This document shows, in pieces, positions 1 through 9,021 of a stretch of 33,113 bases of DNA. The notes beneath the pieces were generated by a model that was not told the DNA's origin, did no database searches, and saw only the letters and a list, made by a program, of their open reading frames with translations. Source of the DNA: an uncultured Bacilli bacterium (lineage in GTDB: Bacteria; Bacillota_I; Bacilli_A; RF39; UBA660); NCBI GenBank assembly GCA_944358725.1, contig CALVRS010000077.1, positions 1 through 33,113 of the forward strand, written 5' to 3'. The number at the start of each line of letters is the position of its first letter. Within the stretch, counting starts at the first letter, position 1. The translations under genes were made by a program, and so were the position numbers.

Positions 1-256
1 TATCGTCAACCATTAAATATATATAGTCAGATGTTACAAAAAAATCTTTAATACTGGAGCCTTCTATTTCTGTACCATAATTATTAAATACTGCTTTTAA
101 TTCATTATTTTCTAATTTAAATCTATAAACAGACTGCCATCTATCGTCAACCATTAAATATATATAGTCAGATGTTACAAAAAAATCTTTAATACTGGAG
201 CCTTCTATTTCTGTACCATAATTATTAAATACTGCTTTTAATTCATTATTTTCTAA
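1..256. repeat. 141-bp-period intragenic tandem repeat (47 aa)
   Basis: 1-115 is identical to 142-256; period is divisible by 3. Confidence 0.95.
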
Positions 257-517
257 ATTTAAGCCGTATATGCTACCACTGTTAACAAGAAAATATATAT
301 AATTATCAGAAGTTATAGTTTTAGAACAACTATTATATAGTTCATCTATTGCTCCTTGAACATTGGTTGATTGTAAGCCACTCGCAGTATTATCATATGT
401 CACATCTCCACTTGGAAAATATGTTGCTGCTATTACACTAATCGAACTAAAAACTATTCCTCCTAATATAAATGTGAATATTTTATTATTAAAGATTTTT
501 TTTACTTTATTTTTCAT
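1..517 (-). CDS. Exported/membrane-anchored protein with 47-aa tandem repeats (runs off the window edge); paralog of 27161..28105
   Basis: Not in ORF track. Hand translation from ATG 517: MKNKVKKIFNNKIFTFILGGIVFSSISVIAATYFPSGDVTYDNTASGLQSTNVQGAIDELYNSCSKTITSDNYIYFLVNSGSIYGLNLENNELKAVFNNYGTEIEGSSIKDFFVTSDYIYLMVDDRWQSVYRFKLENNELK..., open to base 1. GAGG RBS upstream. Confidence 0.9.
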   Translation of the reverse strand, partial: MKNKVKKIFNNKIFTFILGGIVFSSISVIAATYFPSGDVTYDNTASGLQSTNVQGAIDELYNSCSKTITSDNYIYFLVNSGSIYGLNLENNELKAVFNNYGTEIEGSSIKDFFVTSDYIYLMVDDRWQSVYRFKLENNELKAVFNNYGTEIEGSSIKDFFVTSDYIYLMVDD

Positions 518-550
518 AATTAACCTCTTTCTACTTTCTTTATCATTTTC

Positions 551-579
551 ATTATATAATATATTATTATTTTTTGCAA
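551..579 (-). promoter_or_regulatory. sigma-A-type promoter of the repeat protein gene
   Basis: TTGCAA(579-574)-17 nt-TATAAT(556-551) on the minus strand. Confidence 0.65.
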
Positions 580-649
580 TACATTTGCATTACAATTGTA
601 ATGTATTTTATTTTTGCTTTTTGTATTAAAATTGTATTGATGTATACAT
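578..649. promoter_or_regulatory. Putative operator array (TGTAWT/AWTACA boxes) with a 16-bp palindrome
   Basis: Perfect palindrome CATTACAATTGTAATG at 588-603; boxes at 578, 589, 597, 602, 622, 633; palindrome ATGTATACAT at 640-649. Confidence 0.55.
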
Positions 650-673
650 TATGATTATCAGTAAGGAGGAAAC

Positions 674-853
674 ATGTTTCAATTAAAACCCGATAAAAAA
701 GAAACTGAAAATAAATCTATTAGGTTTCCTTTAGATTTAATTAGGCGTATTGAAAAAGCTATTGCGGGTAAAGATGTATCTTTTACAGCATTTGTTATTC
801 AAGCATGTGAGTATGCACTTGCTAATATGAAAGTAGAGAATAAGAAAAAGTAA
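674..853 (+). CDS. Small ribbon-helix-helix DNA-binding protein (59 aa)
   Basis: Not in ORF track. AAGGAGG RBS, then MFQLKPDKKETENKSIRFPLDLIRRIEKAIAGKDVSFTAFVIQACEYALANMKVENKKK. KSIRFP strand plus two helices fits RHH. Confidence 0.8.
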   Translation: MFQLKPDKKETENKSIRFPLDLIRRIEKAIAGKDVSFTAFVIQACEYALANMKVENKKK

Positions 854-867
854 GTTTCGCTTACTTT
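847..867. terminator. Hairpin between convergent genes
   Basis: AAAGTAAG-TTTCG-CTTACTTT. Confidence 0.5.
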
Positions 868-1361
868 ATTTTTATTATTGTTACTATTATATCTATTATA
901 AATATTATAGATATAATTATGGTTAATGTTTTGGGAATATGTTTTTCTAGTTTATCAATTAATGGTTTTATAAAATATATAGTAAATATACTAATTATTC
1001 CCCAAATTAAGGCTATTTCTAATGATATATATTTACCAATATTAAATTTGAATTTTTGATAGTTCCACATGGTTATAGAAAAGAATTTTTCTATTAATAT
1101 ACCACCTATGAATTCTATTATAGTTAAAATTATGGTTAATATAATAAAGGTTATGATGGTTTCTATTAATTTATTTTTATGAAGTTTTTGAAATATTTTT
1201 TTAGATATGATTATGGTTATAATGGCACCTATTCCATATATTGGAGTCCACGGACCATAGAGGATACCGCTTTTAAATTGATGAACATTTATAAGATTGA
1301 ATGTGCTTTCTAAAAGGTAGCCCAAAAATGAGTATATAAAAAAACAATTAAGTAAGTACAT
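861..1361 (-). CDS. Putative ABC-transporter permease-type membrane protein (DUF1113/CmpB-like)
   Basis: YSFLGYLLE, G.LYGPWTPIYGIG and MWNY...FNI.KYISL motifs; multiple TM segments. Start moved to the ATG after the AGGTGA RBS. Confidence 0.7.
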   Translation of the reverse strand: MYLLNCFFIYSFLGYLLESTFNLINVHQFKSGILYGPWTPIYGIGAIITIIISKKIFQKLHKNKLIETIITFIILTIILTIIEFIGGILIEKFFSITMWNYQKFKFNIGKYISLEIALIWGIISIFTIYFIKPLIDKLEKHIPKTLTIIISIIFIIDIIVTIIKIK

Positions 1362-1399
1362 ACTAATCACCTTTATTAGTATATCTTTTTTAATTGTTT

Positions 1400-2497
1400 T
1401 TAAACGTTAAATCTAAAGTGACAAATATCTCCGTCTTGCATGATATAGTCTTTTCCTTCAAGTCTTAATTTTCCTGCTTCTTTGACTTTTATTTCTGAGC
1501 CATATTGTTTTAAGTCATTAAAGCTCATTATTTCAGCTTTTATAAATCCTTTTTGAAAGTCGGTATGGATAATGCCAGCACACTCTGGAGCTTTCATTCC
1601 TTGTTTATAGGTCCAAGCTCTTACTTCATCTTCTCCTGCTGTTAAATATGTTGATAGTCCTAGAAGTTTATAGGAAGATTTTATTAATTTATCTAGACCA
1701 CTTTCGTTGATGCCTAATTCTTTTAAAAATTCATTTTTATCTTGATCATCTAGCTCTGATAGTTCAGCTTCTATTTTAGCGCATATTACAACTACTTCAG
1801 CATTTTCTTTTTTAGCATATTCTTTTAAAGTTTTGACATATTTATTTTCTTTAGTTAAATCTTCTTCATTGACATTTGCGACATATATAATTGGCTTTAA
1901 GGTAAGTAAGTTAAATGGTTTTAAAATTTTAAGTTCTTCCTCGGTTAATTCTAGATTTCTTGGATTTATATTTTTTTCGAGATTTTCTTTTAATTTTTCT
2001 AGCAAATTGGCTTCTTTTAAAGCTTCTTTATCATTTGCAAGTCTTGCTTTTTTACCCATTTTATTTAATCTATTTTCAATTACTTCTAAGTCGGCTAATT
2101 CAAGTTCAACATTGATTACTTCAACATCTCTAATAGGATCAACATTACCAGAGACATGGGTTACATTAGAATCTTCAAAACATCTAACTACTTCACATAT
2201 TGCGTCTACTTCTCTTATATGTGATAAAAATTTATTTCCCAATCCTTCGCCTTTGGATGCGCCTTCTACTAAACCAGCAATGTCGGTAAATTCAAAAGTG
2301 GCTGGGATGGTTTTTTTTGGTTTATATAGTTTTTCTAAAAATGTCACTCTTTCATCAGGGACGGTTACCATACCAATATTTGGTTCAATAGTTGCGAAAG
2401 GGTAGTTAGCTGCTAAAATATTTTGTTTTGTTATTGCATTAAATAATGTTGATTTACCAACATTTGGTAAGCCAACTATTCCAGCTGTTAAACTCAT
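1400..2497 (-). CDS. ychF: Redox-regulated ATPase YchF
   Basis: GIVGLPNVGKSTLFN, ANYPFATIEPN, DIAGLV and a C-terminal TGS domain ending FRFNV. Confidence 0.97.
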   Translation of the reverse strand: MSLTAGIVGLPNVGKSTLFNAITKQNILAANYPFATIEPNIGMVTVPDERVTFLEKLYKPKKTIPATFEFTDIAGLVEGASKGEGLGNKFLSHIREVDAICEVVRCFEDSNVTHVSGNVDPIRDVEVINVELELADLEVIENRLNKMGKKARLANDKEALKEANLLEKLKENLEKNINPRNLELTEEELKILKPFNLLTLKPIIYVANVNEEDLTKENKYVKTLKEYAKKENAEVVVICAKIEAELSELDDQDKNEFLKELGINESGLDKLIKSSYKLLGLSTYLTAGEDEVRAWTYKQGMKAPECAGIIHTDFQKGFIKAEIMSFNDLKQYGSEIKVKEAGKLRLEGKDYIMQDGDICHFRFNV

Positions 2498-2573
2498 TTT
2501 AATCACCAGTAAGTATTATACTATATTTTTTTATTATTTGTAAAAATTTTTGAAAAAATTTCTCAAGAAAATA

Positions 2574-3779
2574 CTATTTTTTATAAAGAACATTTATATC
2601 AACATATCCATTAATACCATCAATTTTGCCATCGTCACACATTTGCCACATGAAGTATTTGCCATCATAATCTGTTTGGTCATTATAATGAGCAAGCCAT
2701 ACTGATCTGTCATGGTATTTCCAAAAAGAGTTTAAATAATTTTTACTTCCATACAAAACTCCTTGATAGCCAGCTTTTTCAACAGTTTCGATAAATTTTG
2801 TTGCGACTTGATTTAGTCCAAATAGACTTAATTCCATTTCATTAAAGGCATTAAAGCTTTCGAAATCAAAGACAACCGGAAGGGTTATATCATATTCTTT
2901 TATTTGATTAATAATCCAGTTTGCTTGCTTTTGAGCTTCTTTTTCACTATGGGCATATGAATAGAAATATACTCCAACTTTTAAATCATTTTTTATGGCA
3001 TTTTCAATATTTTGTTTAAAATATGGATCAATAATATATTCTCCATTTGTTCCATTTTGAGAGCCTACTCTTATTATGACAAAGGATGCTCCGGCATTTT
3101 TTACTTTTGTATAATCTACGTCTCCTTGCCATTTTGAAACATCGATGCCTATTTCTGTATTTTCATTTTTATAATTATTTAAAACTGTTTGAAAGTCGGT
3201 GTATGATGGCTCTTGAGACTGATTTTTTGATGAATTTGTTTGTGGCATTGGTTCATAGACTGTTACAGTAAATTCTTTTTCAAAGGTATTATTGCTATTA
3301 TCTTTAGCAATATATTTTAAATTATATGTACCTTTTGTATTTATATCAAAGGTTCCTTCTATTTGGCAAGTTGGTTTATTATCGTAATTATCTACGCAGA
3401 TAATTTTTTTATTTAAATCTAATTCTTGGCCTATTTTTGTGGAATAATTATTGCTTATCCAAACTAATGGTTTTTCTGTATCTTGAACTTCAATAGTTAT
3501 GATTCCTCTTCTTTTTTTATTATTTTTATTTAAATAGATAAAACTAAGATTTTGTTTACCAATTTTATTTGTATTTATTTTATCTTGTGAAATTATTTTG
3601 CCTTCGATTGTTTTTATATAGTCTTTGATATTTGCTTTAGTATATACTTCTGCTTTTAAGTTATCTTTTAAGGTAAAGCCAGAGTTATCATCAATGATAC
3701 GATTATTTAAATATATTAATAATAGGGTTATAGCAATTATTAATACAATAATTATAATTATTATTTTCTTTTTATTCAT
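2574..3779 (-). CDS. Membrane-anchored GH25 muramidase with Ig-like domain(s)
   Basis: N-terminal TM; Ig-like segment (GTYNLKYIAKDNSNN); GIDVSKWQG, DFE (DxE), WLAHY and VDIN GH25 motifs. Confidence 0.88.
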   Translation of the reverse strand: MNKKKIIIIIIVLIIAITLLLIYLNNRIIDDNSGFTLKDNLKAEVYTKANIKDYIKTIEGKIISQDKINTNKIGKQNLSFIYLNKNNKKRRGIITIEVQDTEKPLVWISNNYSTKIGQELDLNKKIICVDNYDNKPTCQIEGTFDINTKGTYNLKYIAKDNSNNTFEKEFTVTVYEPMPQTNSSKNQSQEPSYTDFQTVLNNYKNENTEIGIDVSKWQGDVDYTKVKNAGASFVIIRVGSQNGTNGEYIIDPYFKQNIENAIKNDLKVGVYFYSYAHSEKEAQKQANWIINQIKEYDITLPVVFDFESFNAFNEMELSLFGLNQVATKFIETVEKAGYQGVLYGSKNYLNSFWKYHDRSVWLAHYNDQTDYDGKYFMWQMCDDGKIDGINGYVDINVLYKK

Positions 3780-3825
3780 CTAATCACCTTAACATTATTT
3801 TATCAAATATATATAAAAACTCCAA

Positions 3826-5340
3826 CTATAAAGTTGGAGCAGCAGCTGTTGGACCTAAAGGAAGACCAATAACGAAGAAACCTATTACAATTATAAACCA
3901 TAATACGGCAAATATTAAAGCTGTTGGTCTTAACAGATTTAAAGTACCAAAGACGGTTATTTTATTACTTTCTCTATTGTTATATTTTTCTAAGAAGGCA
4001 AGCATAACGATAAAGTAGACGAAAAATGGAGTCATTCCTTTACCAACACTATCAGCGGCTTTAAATATAAATTGAGTGAAGTCTGGGGTGATGTTTGCTT
4101 TCATAAATAGGGGAACTAATATTGGAGAAGCTAATGTCCATTTAGTGATAGCATCTGGTATTAGGAAAGACATTATTATTATGGCAAAAAACATTGTTAC
4201 AATTAATGGAATGCCCGTAAATTCTAGATTGCTCATGAAGGAAATTAACCATGAAGCTACAACTGTTCCAAGATTAGTCCAATTTAAGATACTAACGAGC
4301 AATGAGGCAAAGAACATTAATATGAACATATAGCCTAAGTTATCAAATTCTTTAGATAGTCCAACACTAAAGTCATTGGTATTTTTAATATTATTTGAAA
4401 TAAAACCATAAATTCCTGAGCAAATCATCATGATAATTAGGAATACAAAAGCAAAGGCATCAGTAAATGGAGCGTCTGGTCCGAGAAGCTGAGCAACATA
4501 ATCATTTTGACTTTGGTCGAGGAGAATACCAGAAGCTGGCATACCTGGTATAATTGTATATATGAAGATTAGCATTAATACTAGAAAAGCAATAGTACTA
4601 GCTAAAAGACCTTTTTTAGATATAATTAATTCATCTTCTTCTTTTATAGATTCTTTGACTTTTGGTCTTAATATATTTTCAATGATGAGTGTACCAAAGA
4701 AGGATAATATGATGGTAGCAGCTATCATGGCATATGAATTAGACCAAGCGTTGAATATATAGTTTTCATCAACATCAACGGTGGCAGCTGCTTTGGTTAA
4801 AAGACCTAATTGATAGTCATCGTAATTAAAGACTAGTCCAGCTCCATAACCCATACTAACTCCAATAAAGGCAGTTAATATACCTAACATGGAATTACGA
4901 CCTAGATATTGATATATAACCGCTGTTAATGGTAAAACTAAGACAAAACCATATTCACCTAAAAATGAAGAGATAATACCAGCAAATAGGGTAAAGAAGG
5001 TAACTACGCCTGGTTTTAATCTTTTTAGTGGAGTAAATAGGGCTTTAAATAATCCACTTGCTTTACCAATGGATACGGCCATTAAGGATATTATTAGAAG
5101 AACCAATGGTTCAAAGTTTTTAAATGTATCAACTGGTGATGAGAAAAAGTATTTTAAGCCTTCTTCGGAAAAAACACTTTTGACAGTAACCATTGATGTT
5201 TCTAAGCTATTGTTATTTATTTTAGTTATTTCACCTTGAACACCTAAGGCGGAACATATACCACTTATAATCATAACTAGTATAGTTAAGATAATGATAG
5301 TTATAACGGGTCCAAGCAGTATTTGTTTCTTTTTTTTCAT
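3826..5340 (-). CDS. abgT: AbgT-family transporter
   Basis: About 12 TM segments; AKW-like ITKWTLASPILVPLFM and ADSV...MTP motifs; AbgT-like size. Confidence 0.78.
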   Translation of the reverse strand: MKKKKQILLGPVITIIILTILVMIISGICSALGVQGEITKINNNSLETSMVTVKSVFSEEGLKYFFSSPVDTFKNFEPLVLLIISLMAVSIGKASGLFKALFTPLKRLKPGVVTFFTLFAGIISSFLGEYGFVLVLPLTAVIYQYLGRNSMLGILTAFIGVSMGYGAGLVFNYDDYQLGLLTKAAATVDVDENYIFNAWSNSYAMIAATIILSFFGTLIIENILRPKVKESIKEEDELIISKKGLLASTIAFLVLMLIFIYTIIPGMPASGILLDQSQNDYVAQLLGPDAPFTDAFAFVFLIIMMICSGIYGFISNNIKNTNDFSVGLSKEFDNLGYMFILMFFASLLVSILNWTNLGTVVASWLISFMSNLEFTGIPLIVTMFFAIIIMSFLIPDAITKWTLASPILVPLFMKANITPDFTQFIFKAADSVGKGMTPFFVYFIVMLAFLEKYNNRESNKITVFGTLNLLRPTALIFAVLWFIIVIGFFVIGLPLGPTAAAPTL

Positions 5341-5353
5341 GGCTTATTCCTCC

Positions 5354-5536
5354 TTAAAGTTTTATTATTTTTTTGAGTTTTTTATTAAAATCTATTCTTG
5401 GTAGCATGATACTACGGCCACAACCTAAACATTTTATTTTAATGTCAGCACCTAACCTTGTTATTTCCCACTCATTATGGCCACATGGATGGGCTTTTTT
5501 CATAATTACTATACTTCCTAATTTATAATCAGACAT
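5354..5536 (-). CDS. DUF951 family protein (YyzM-like)
   Basis: MKKAHPCG...WEITRLGADIKIKCLGCGR; usual parAB-ychF context. Confidence 0.9.
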   Translation of the reverse strand: MSDYKLGSIVIMKKAHPCGHNEWEITRLGADIKIKCLGCGRSIMLPRIDFNKKLKKIIKL

Positions 5537-6317
5537 TATGAACATCTACTTTGTTATAAGATAAGGTTAGGTTATTAGCTTCTGCCTCTTTGAGAACTTC
5601 TTTTAGAAGTATACGATTAAATTCAAAATTTTTCATAGCTGGAACTTCTGCTTCGACGCGGAATATGATAGCATCATTTTTAAGTTCTTCAATTCCTAAT
5701 ATGGTTATTGGCTTTTTTAGATAATTTATTTTTTTACTAGCATTATCAATAGCGGTTTGAAGAACTTTTTCTATTTGATCAACTTTATTATCGTATGAAA
5801 GACCAATATCTATAGCACATATGGCAGACATAATACTATAATTTGTTACGCTAGTTATATTACGATTAGCTATTATTTTAACTTCACCGGTGTAAGCTCT
5901 TATTTTTGTTATTTTCATACCTAAGTATATGACATTACCTCTAAAGCCATTAATTTCAATATTATCGCCTACTTTAAATTGATCTTCGGTTAATATATCA
6001 GCACCACCAATAAAATCTTTTATCATATCTTGCATAGCTAAACCGGCAACGGCACCTGCAACTCCTAATGAAGCGACTAGAGCTTTTGTATCAACACCCC
6101 AGGTTGCTAAAATCATAAGAAGGGCAATGGCTAGTACGATATATTTTACTACGTTAGTTAAAATTGTTAATAGGGTTAAAGCTTTTTTGTTTGAATGATG
6201 TTTGGCTTTTTTTAGAAAAACCCGGCTAATAAGTTGTTTTATAGCCATGTAGAAAAGTAAAGCAAAAAGAATGATGCATATTGTGGTAATGACTTCTTTG
6301 GTTAATATCTTTTCCAT
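5529..6317 (-). CDS. mscS: Small-conductance mechanosensitive channel
   Basis: TM helices, GLAMQDMIKDFIGG and FKVGDNIEING. Confidence 0.9.
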   Translation of the reverse strand: MEKILTKEVITTICIILFALLFYMAIKQLISRVFLKKAKHHSNKKALTLLTILTNVVKYIVLAIALLMILATWGVDTKALVASLGVAGAVAGLAMQDMIKDFIGGADILTEDQFKVGDNIEINGFRGNVIYLGMKITKIRAYTGEVKIIANRNITSVTNYSIMSAICAIDIGLSYDNKVDQIEKVLQTAIDNASKKINYLKKPITILGIEELKNDAIIFRVEAEVPAMKNFEFNRILLKEVLKEAEANNLTLSYNKVDVHNV

Positions 6318-6321
6318 TTAA

Positions 6322-7197
6322 TTACTCCTTTATATTTAATATTTCTAATATTCTATTTAAATCAGCGATGTTTGTAAAGGATATTTCGATTTTTTTATCT
6401 TTTATTTTTACTTTTGTGTCTAATTTATCTCTTAGCATATCTTGAACATACTGAAATTCATTATTTTTTGGTTTTCTATTTGTTTGAATTTTTTTAGAGA
6501 TATTTTCACTTTGGTGTTCAACATCTCTTACAGTTAAACCTTTTTCTGTGATGTTTTCAGCTAGTTTAACTATTTCTTCTTTATCTTCTAGTTTGCTTAA
6601 AGCTCTAGCATGTCCCATGGTAAGTTTGCCAGTAGTTACTAGGTCTTGAACTTCGCCAGGCAAGCGAAGGAGGCCTAGCATATTTGTGATATGGCTACGG
6701 CTTTTACTAACTTTTTTAGCAAGTTGTTCTTGAGTTAAGTTTAGTTTATCAATTAAACTTTTATAGGCTTTGGCTTCTTCTAGTGGATTTAAGTTTTCTC
6801 TTTGAAGATTTTCTAAAAGAGCAATTTCAGCCATTTTTTCATCGCTTATTTGTCTTATGATTGCTGGAATGGTTTTTTTGCCAGCAATTTTACTTGCTCT
6901 AAGTCTTCTTTCACCAGCAATGACATCATAGCCTTTGATACTTTTTTTAACGATTATTGGTTGAAAAACACCATTTTCTTTAATTGATTGTGCTAGTTCA
7001 TTTAAGGCTTCTTCATCAAATATGGTTCTTGGCTGATATGGGTTTGGTCTTAAATCATTTATATTTAATTCAACTATTTCTTCATGTTTTGTATCTTCAT
7101 AGATATTTTTTTCAAAGTCACTTACATTATTGACATTTAAATTATCTAAATCAAATAATTGTTCTAGGCCTTTGCCTAGGGCTCGTCTATTTTCCAT
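6322..7197 (-). CDS. parB: Chromosome partitioning protein ParB/Spo0J
   Basis: ALGKGL, PNPYQPR, IAGERRLRA, ENLQRENL and an HTH. Confidence 0.96.
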   Translation of the reverse strand: MENRRALGKGLEQLFDLDNLNVNNVSDFEKNIYEDTKHEEIVELNINDLRPNPYQPRTIFDEEALNELAQSIKENGVFQPIIVKKSIKGYDVIAGERRLRASKIAGKKTIPAIIRQISDEKMAEIALLENLQRENLNPLEEAKAYKSLIDKLNLTQEQLAKKVSKSRSHITNMLGLLRLPGEVQDLVTTGKLTMGHARALSKLEDKEEIVKLAENITEKGLTVRDVEHQSENISKKIQTNRKPKNNEFQYVQDMLRDKLDTKVKIKDKKIEISFTNIADLNRILEILNIKE

Positions 7198-7972
7198 TTC
7201 GCATAATCACCTCTTTAGCTAAGTTTATATAAGCTTCTGCACCACGGCTTTTTGGGTCATAGTTGATTATTGGTTTACCATGGCTTGGAGCTTCTGATAA
7301 TCTGACTAATCTTGGTATTATTGTATCATATACTCTTTCTTTGAAATAGCTTTTGATATCTTGGACAACTTCTAGACCAAGATTGGTTCTATTATCTAAC
7401 ATTGTTAATAAAACACCTTCGATATCTAAGGTTGGATTTAAGGTTTTTTGAGCTAACATGATTGAGTTTAGAAGTTGCATTATTCCTTCTAAGGCAAAGA
7501 ATTCACACTGAACAGGAATGATTACTGAATTTGCGGCAGTTAGGGCATTTGTTGTTAGAAGTCCTAAAGATGGTGGACAATCAATTATGATATAGTCAAA
7601 TATTTCTTTAGCTTCTTCTAAACCTTTTTTTAACTGTCTATTTTTTGAAAATTCAGGGTCTAATCGACTTTTTTCAGCTAATTCTAGATCAGCACCAGCT
7701 AAGGATATTGTGGCTGGGATGACATAGAGATTTTTAAATTTTGTTTTTTTGATGACTTCTTTATATGTTGCTTCGCCGATTAATAAATCATATATACTTT
7801 TTTTGATGTCTCCTTTGTCAATACCAAGACCTGTTGTACTATTTCCTTGCGGGTCTAGATCTATTAATAATGCTCTTTTTCCTAAATATCCAAGTGATGC
7901 GGCTAAGTTGATACTTGATGTTGTTTTACCAACGCCACCTTTTTGATTGACAAGTGCTATTATTTTTCCCAT
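7187..7972 (-). CDS. parA: Chromosome partitioning ATPase ParA/Soj
   Basis: NQKGGVGKTT, DLDPQGN, DCPPSLG and EAPSHG. Confidence 0.96.
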   Translation of the reverse strand: MGKIIALVNQKGGVGKTTSSINLAASLGYLGKRALLIDLDPQGNSTTGLGIDKGDIKKSIYDLLIGEATYKEVIKKTKFKNLYVIPATISLAGADLELAEKSRLDPEFSKNRQLKKGLEEAKEIFDYIIIDCPPSLGLLTTNALTAANSVIIPVQCEFFALEGIMQLLNSIMLAQKTLNPTLDIEGVLLTMLDNRTNLGLEVVQDIKSYFKERVYDTIIPRLVRLSEAPSHGKPIINYDPKSRGAEAYINLAKEVIMRNGK

Positions 7973-8071
7973 TTATACCACCAGTTTCTACATTTATAGC
8001 TATATACATTTTAACACATTGGGTAAAATAAATCTATGGTAAATATAGATATATTATAAAAACACCTTATT

Positions 8072-8407
8072 TTATTTGGTGTTTTGAGTAATAATTTTTT
8101 TCATTTTATCATATTGTTTATACAAATATTGAACGTGATTTTCTAAGAAGAAGTAATGTCTTACATAGAAAAGCAAAATTATTAAAATTATATATAGTAT
8201 TATGGTAAAAACCCAAGTTTTAAAGGCTATTATTACTGATAAAAATAGAAAAAGGCCATAAAATAAGGTTACTAAAAGGTGTATAAGACGTTCGTGCTGA
8301 AAAAAATTTATTTTTATTAAATGATTTTCAATATCTTGCTCAGTTATTTTTTTAGTTTTGATTTTTTTATCAATTTCTTTTGTATAATTTTCTAAATATT
8401 CTCGCAT
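8072..8407 (-). CDS. Hypothetical 2-TM membrane protein
   Basis: 111-aa ORF with RBS; two hydrophobic segments flanked by FFQHERLIHL and RHYFFLEN. Confidence 0.7.
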   Translation of the reverse strand: MREYLENYTKEIDKKIKTKKITEQDIENHLIKINFFQHERLIHLLVTLFYGLFLFLSVIIAFKTWVFTIILYIILIILLFYVRHYFFLENHVQYLYKQYDKMKKIITQNTK

Positions 8408-8500
8408 TATATCATCCCTTTTATTTTCTTATATTATTATAACATATTTTTTCTTGTATAAACTTTTATTTAGTTATAAAATATTTATAGGAGGGATAAT

Positions 8501-8989
8501 ATGGATTGTTTTGATGTAATTGAAAAGCGTTTTTCTAATAGAAAATTTTTAGAAAAACAAATTGATTCTTTAGATTTAGATAAAATTTTAAAAGCTGGAA
8601 TGCAAGCACCGGTTGGCAGAGGAAAATATGATGATATGCATATTACAGTTATTCAAGACAAAAGTTTATTAAATGAAATAAAGAATCTTTCAGATAGAAG
8701 TGCATTTTATGATGCACCAACATTAGTTATTATTTCAGCTCGTGATGACGGACACGGATTAGACAAAGAAAATAGTGCGTGTGTGGCTATGAATATGCTT
8801 TTTTCGGCAACAGCTTTAGGTCTTGGTTCTATTTATTTAAATTTGGTTATTGGTTTAATTAAAAACAGTGATGTTTTAAATAAACTTAATTTGCCAGATG
8901 GATTTGTTCCCGTTGTGGGCGTTGGATTAGGTTATATTGATGGAAAGAGACATATTGTAAAACATAATATTGATGTAAATTACATTTAA
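8501..8989 (+). CDS. Nitroreductase family protein
   Basis: KRFSNRKF, AGMQAP, NMLFSATALGLGS; GGAGG RBS. Confidence 0.88.
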   Translation: MDCFDVIEKRFSNRKFLEKQIDSLDLDKILKAGMQAPVGRGKYDDMHITVIQDKSLLNEIKNLSDRSAFYDAPTLVIISARDDGHGLDKENSACVAMNMLFSATALGLGSIYLNLVIGLIKNSDVLNKLNLPDGFVPVVGVGLGYIDGKRHIVKHNIDVNYI

Positions 8990-9021
8990 AAAAGTAAGAA
9001 TTTTTTTAGTTCTTACTTTTT
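8989..9021. terminator. Bidirectional hairpin between convergent genes
   Basis: AAAAAGTAAGAA...TTCTTACTTTTT. Confidence 0.6.

Noticed and set aside
363-629. 88-aa plus-strand ORF in the track
   Set aside because: It is the antisense shadow of the real minus-strand gene 1..517 and its promoter region.
2574-3779. GH25 gene as a prophage endolysin
   Set aside because: It has a membrane anchor and housekeeping neighbours, with no holin or phage genes.
6322-8071. parS site near parAB
   Set aside because: No TGTTNCACGTGAAACA-like palindrome was found by eye.
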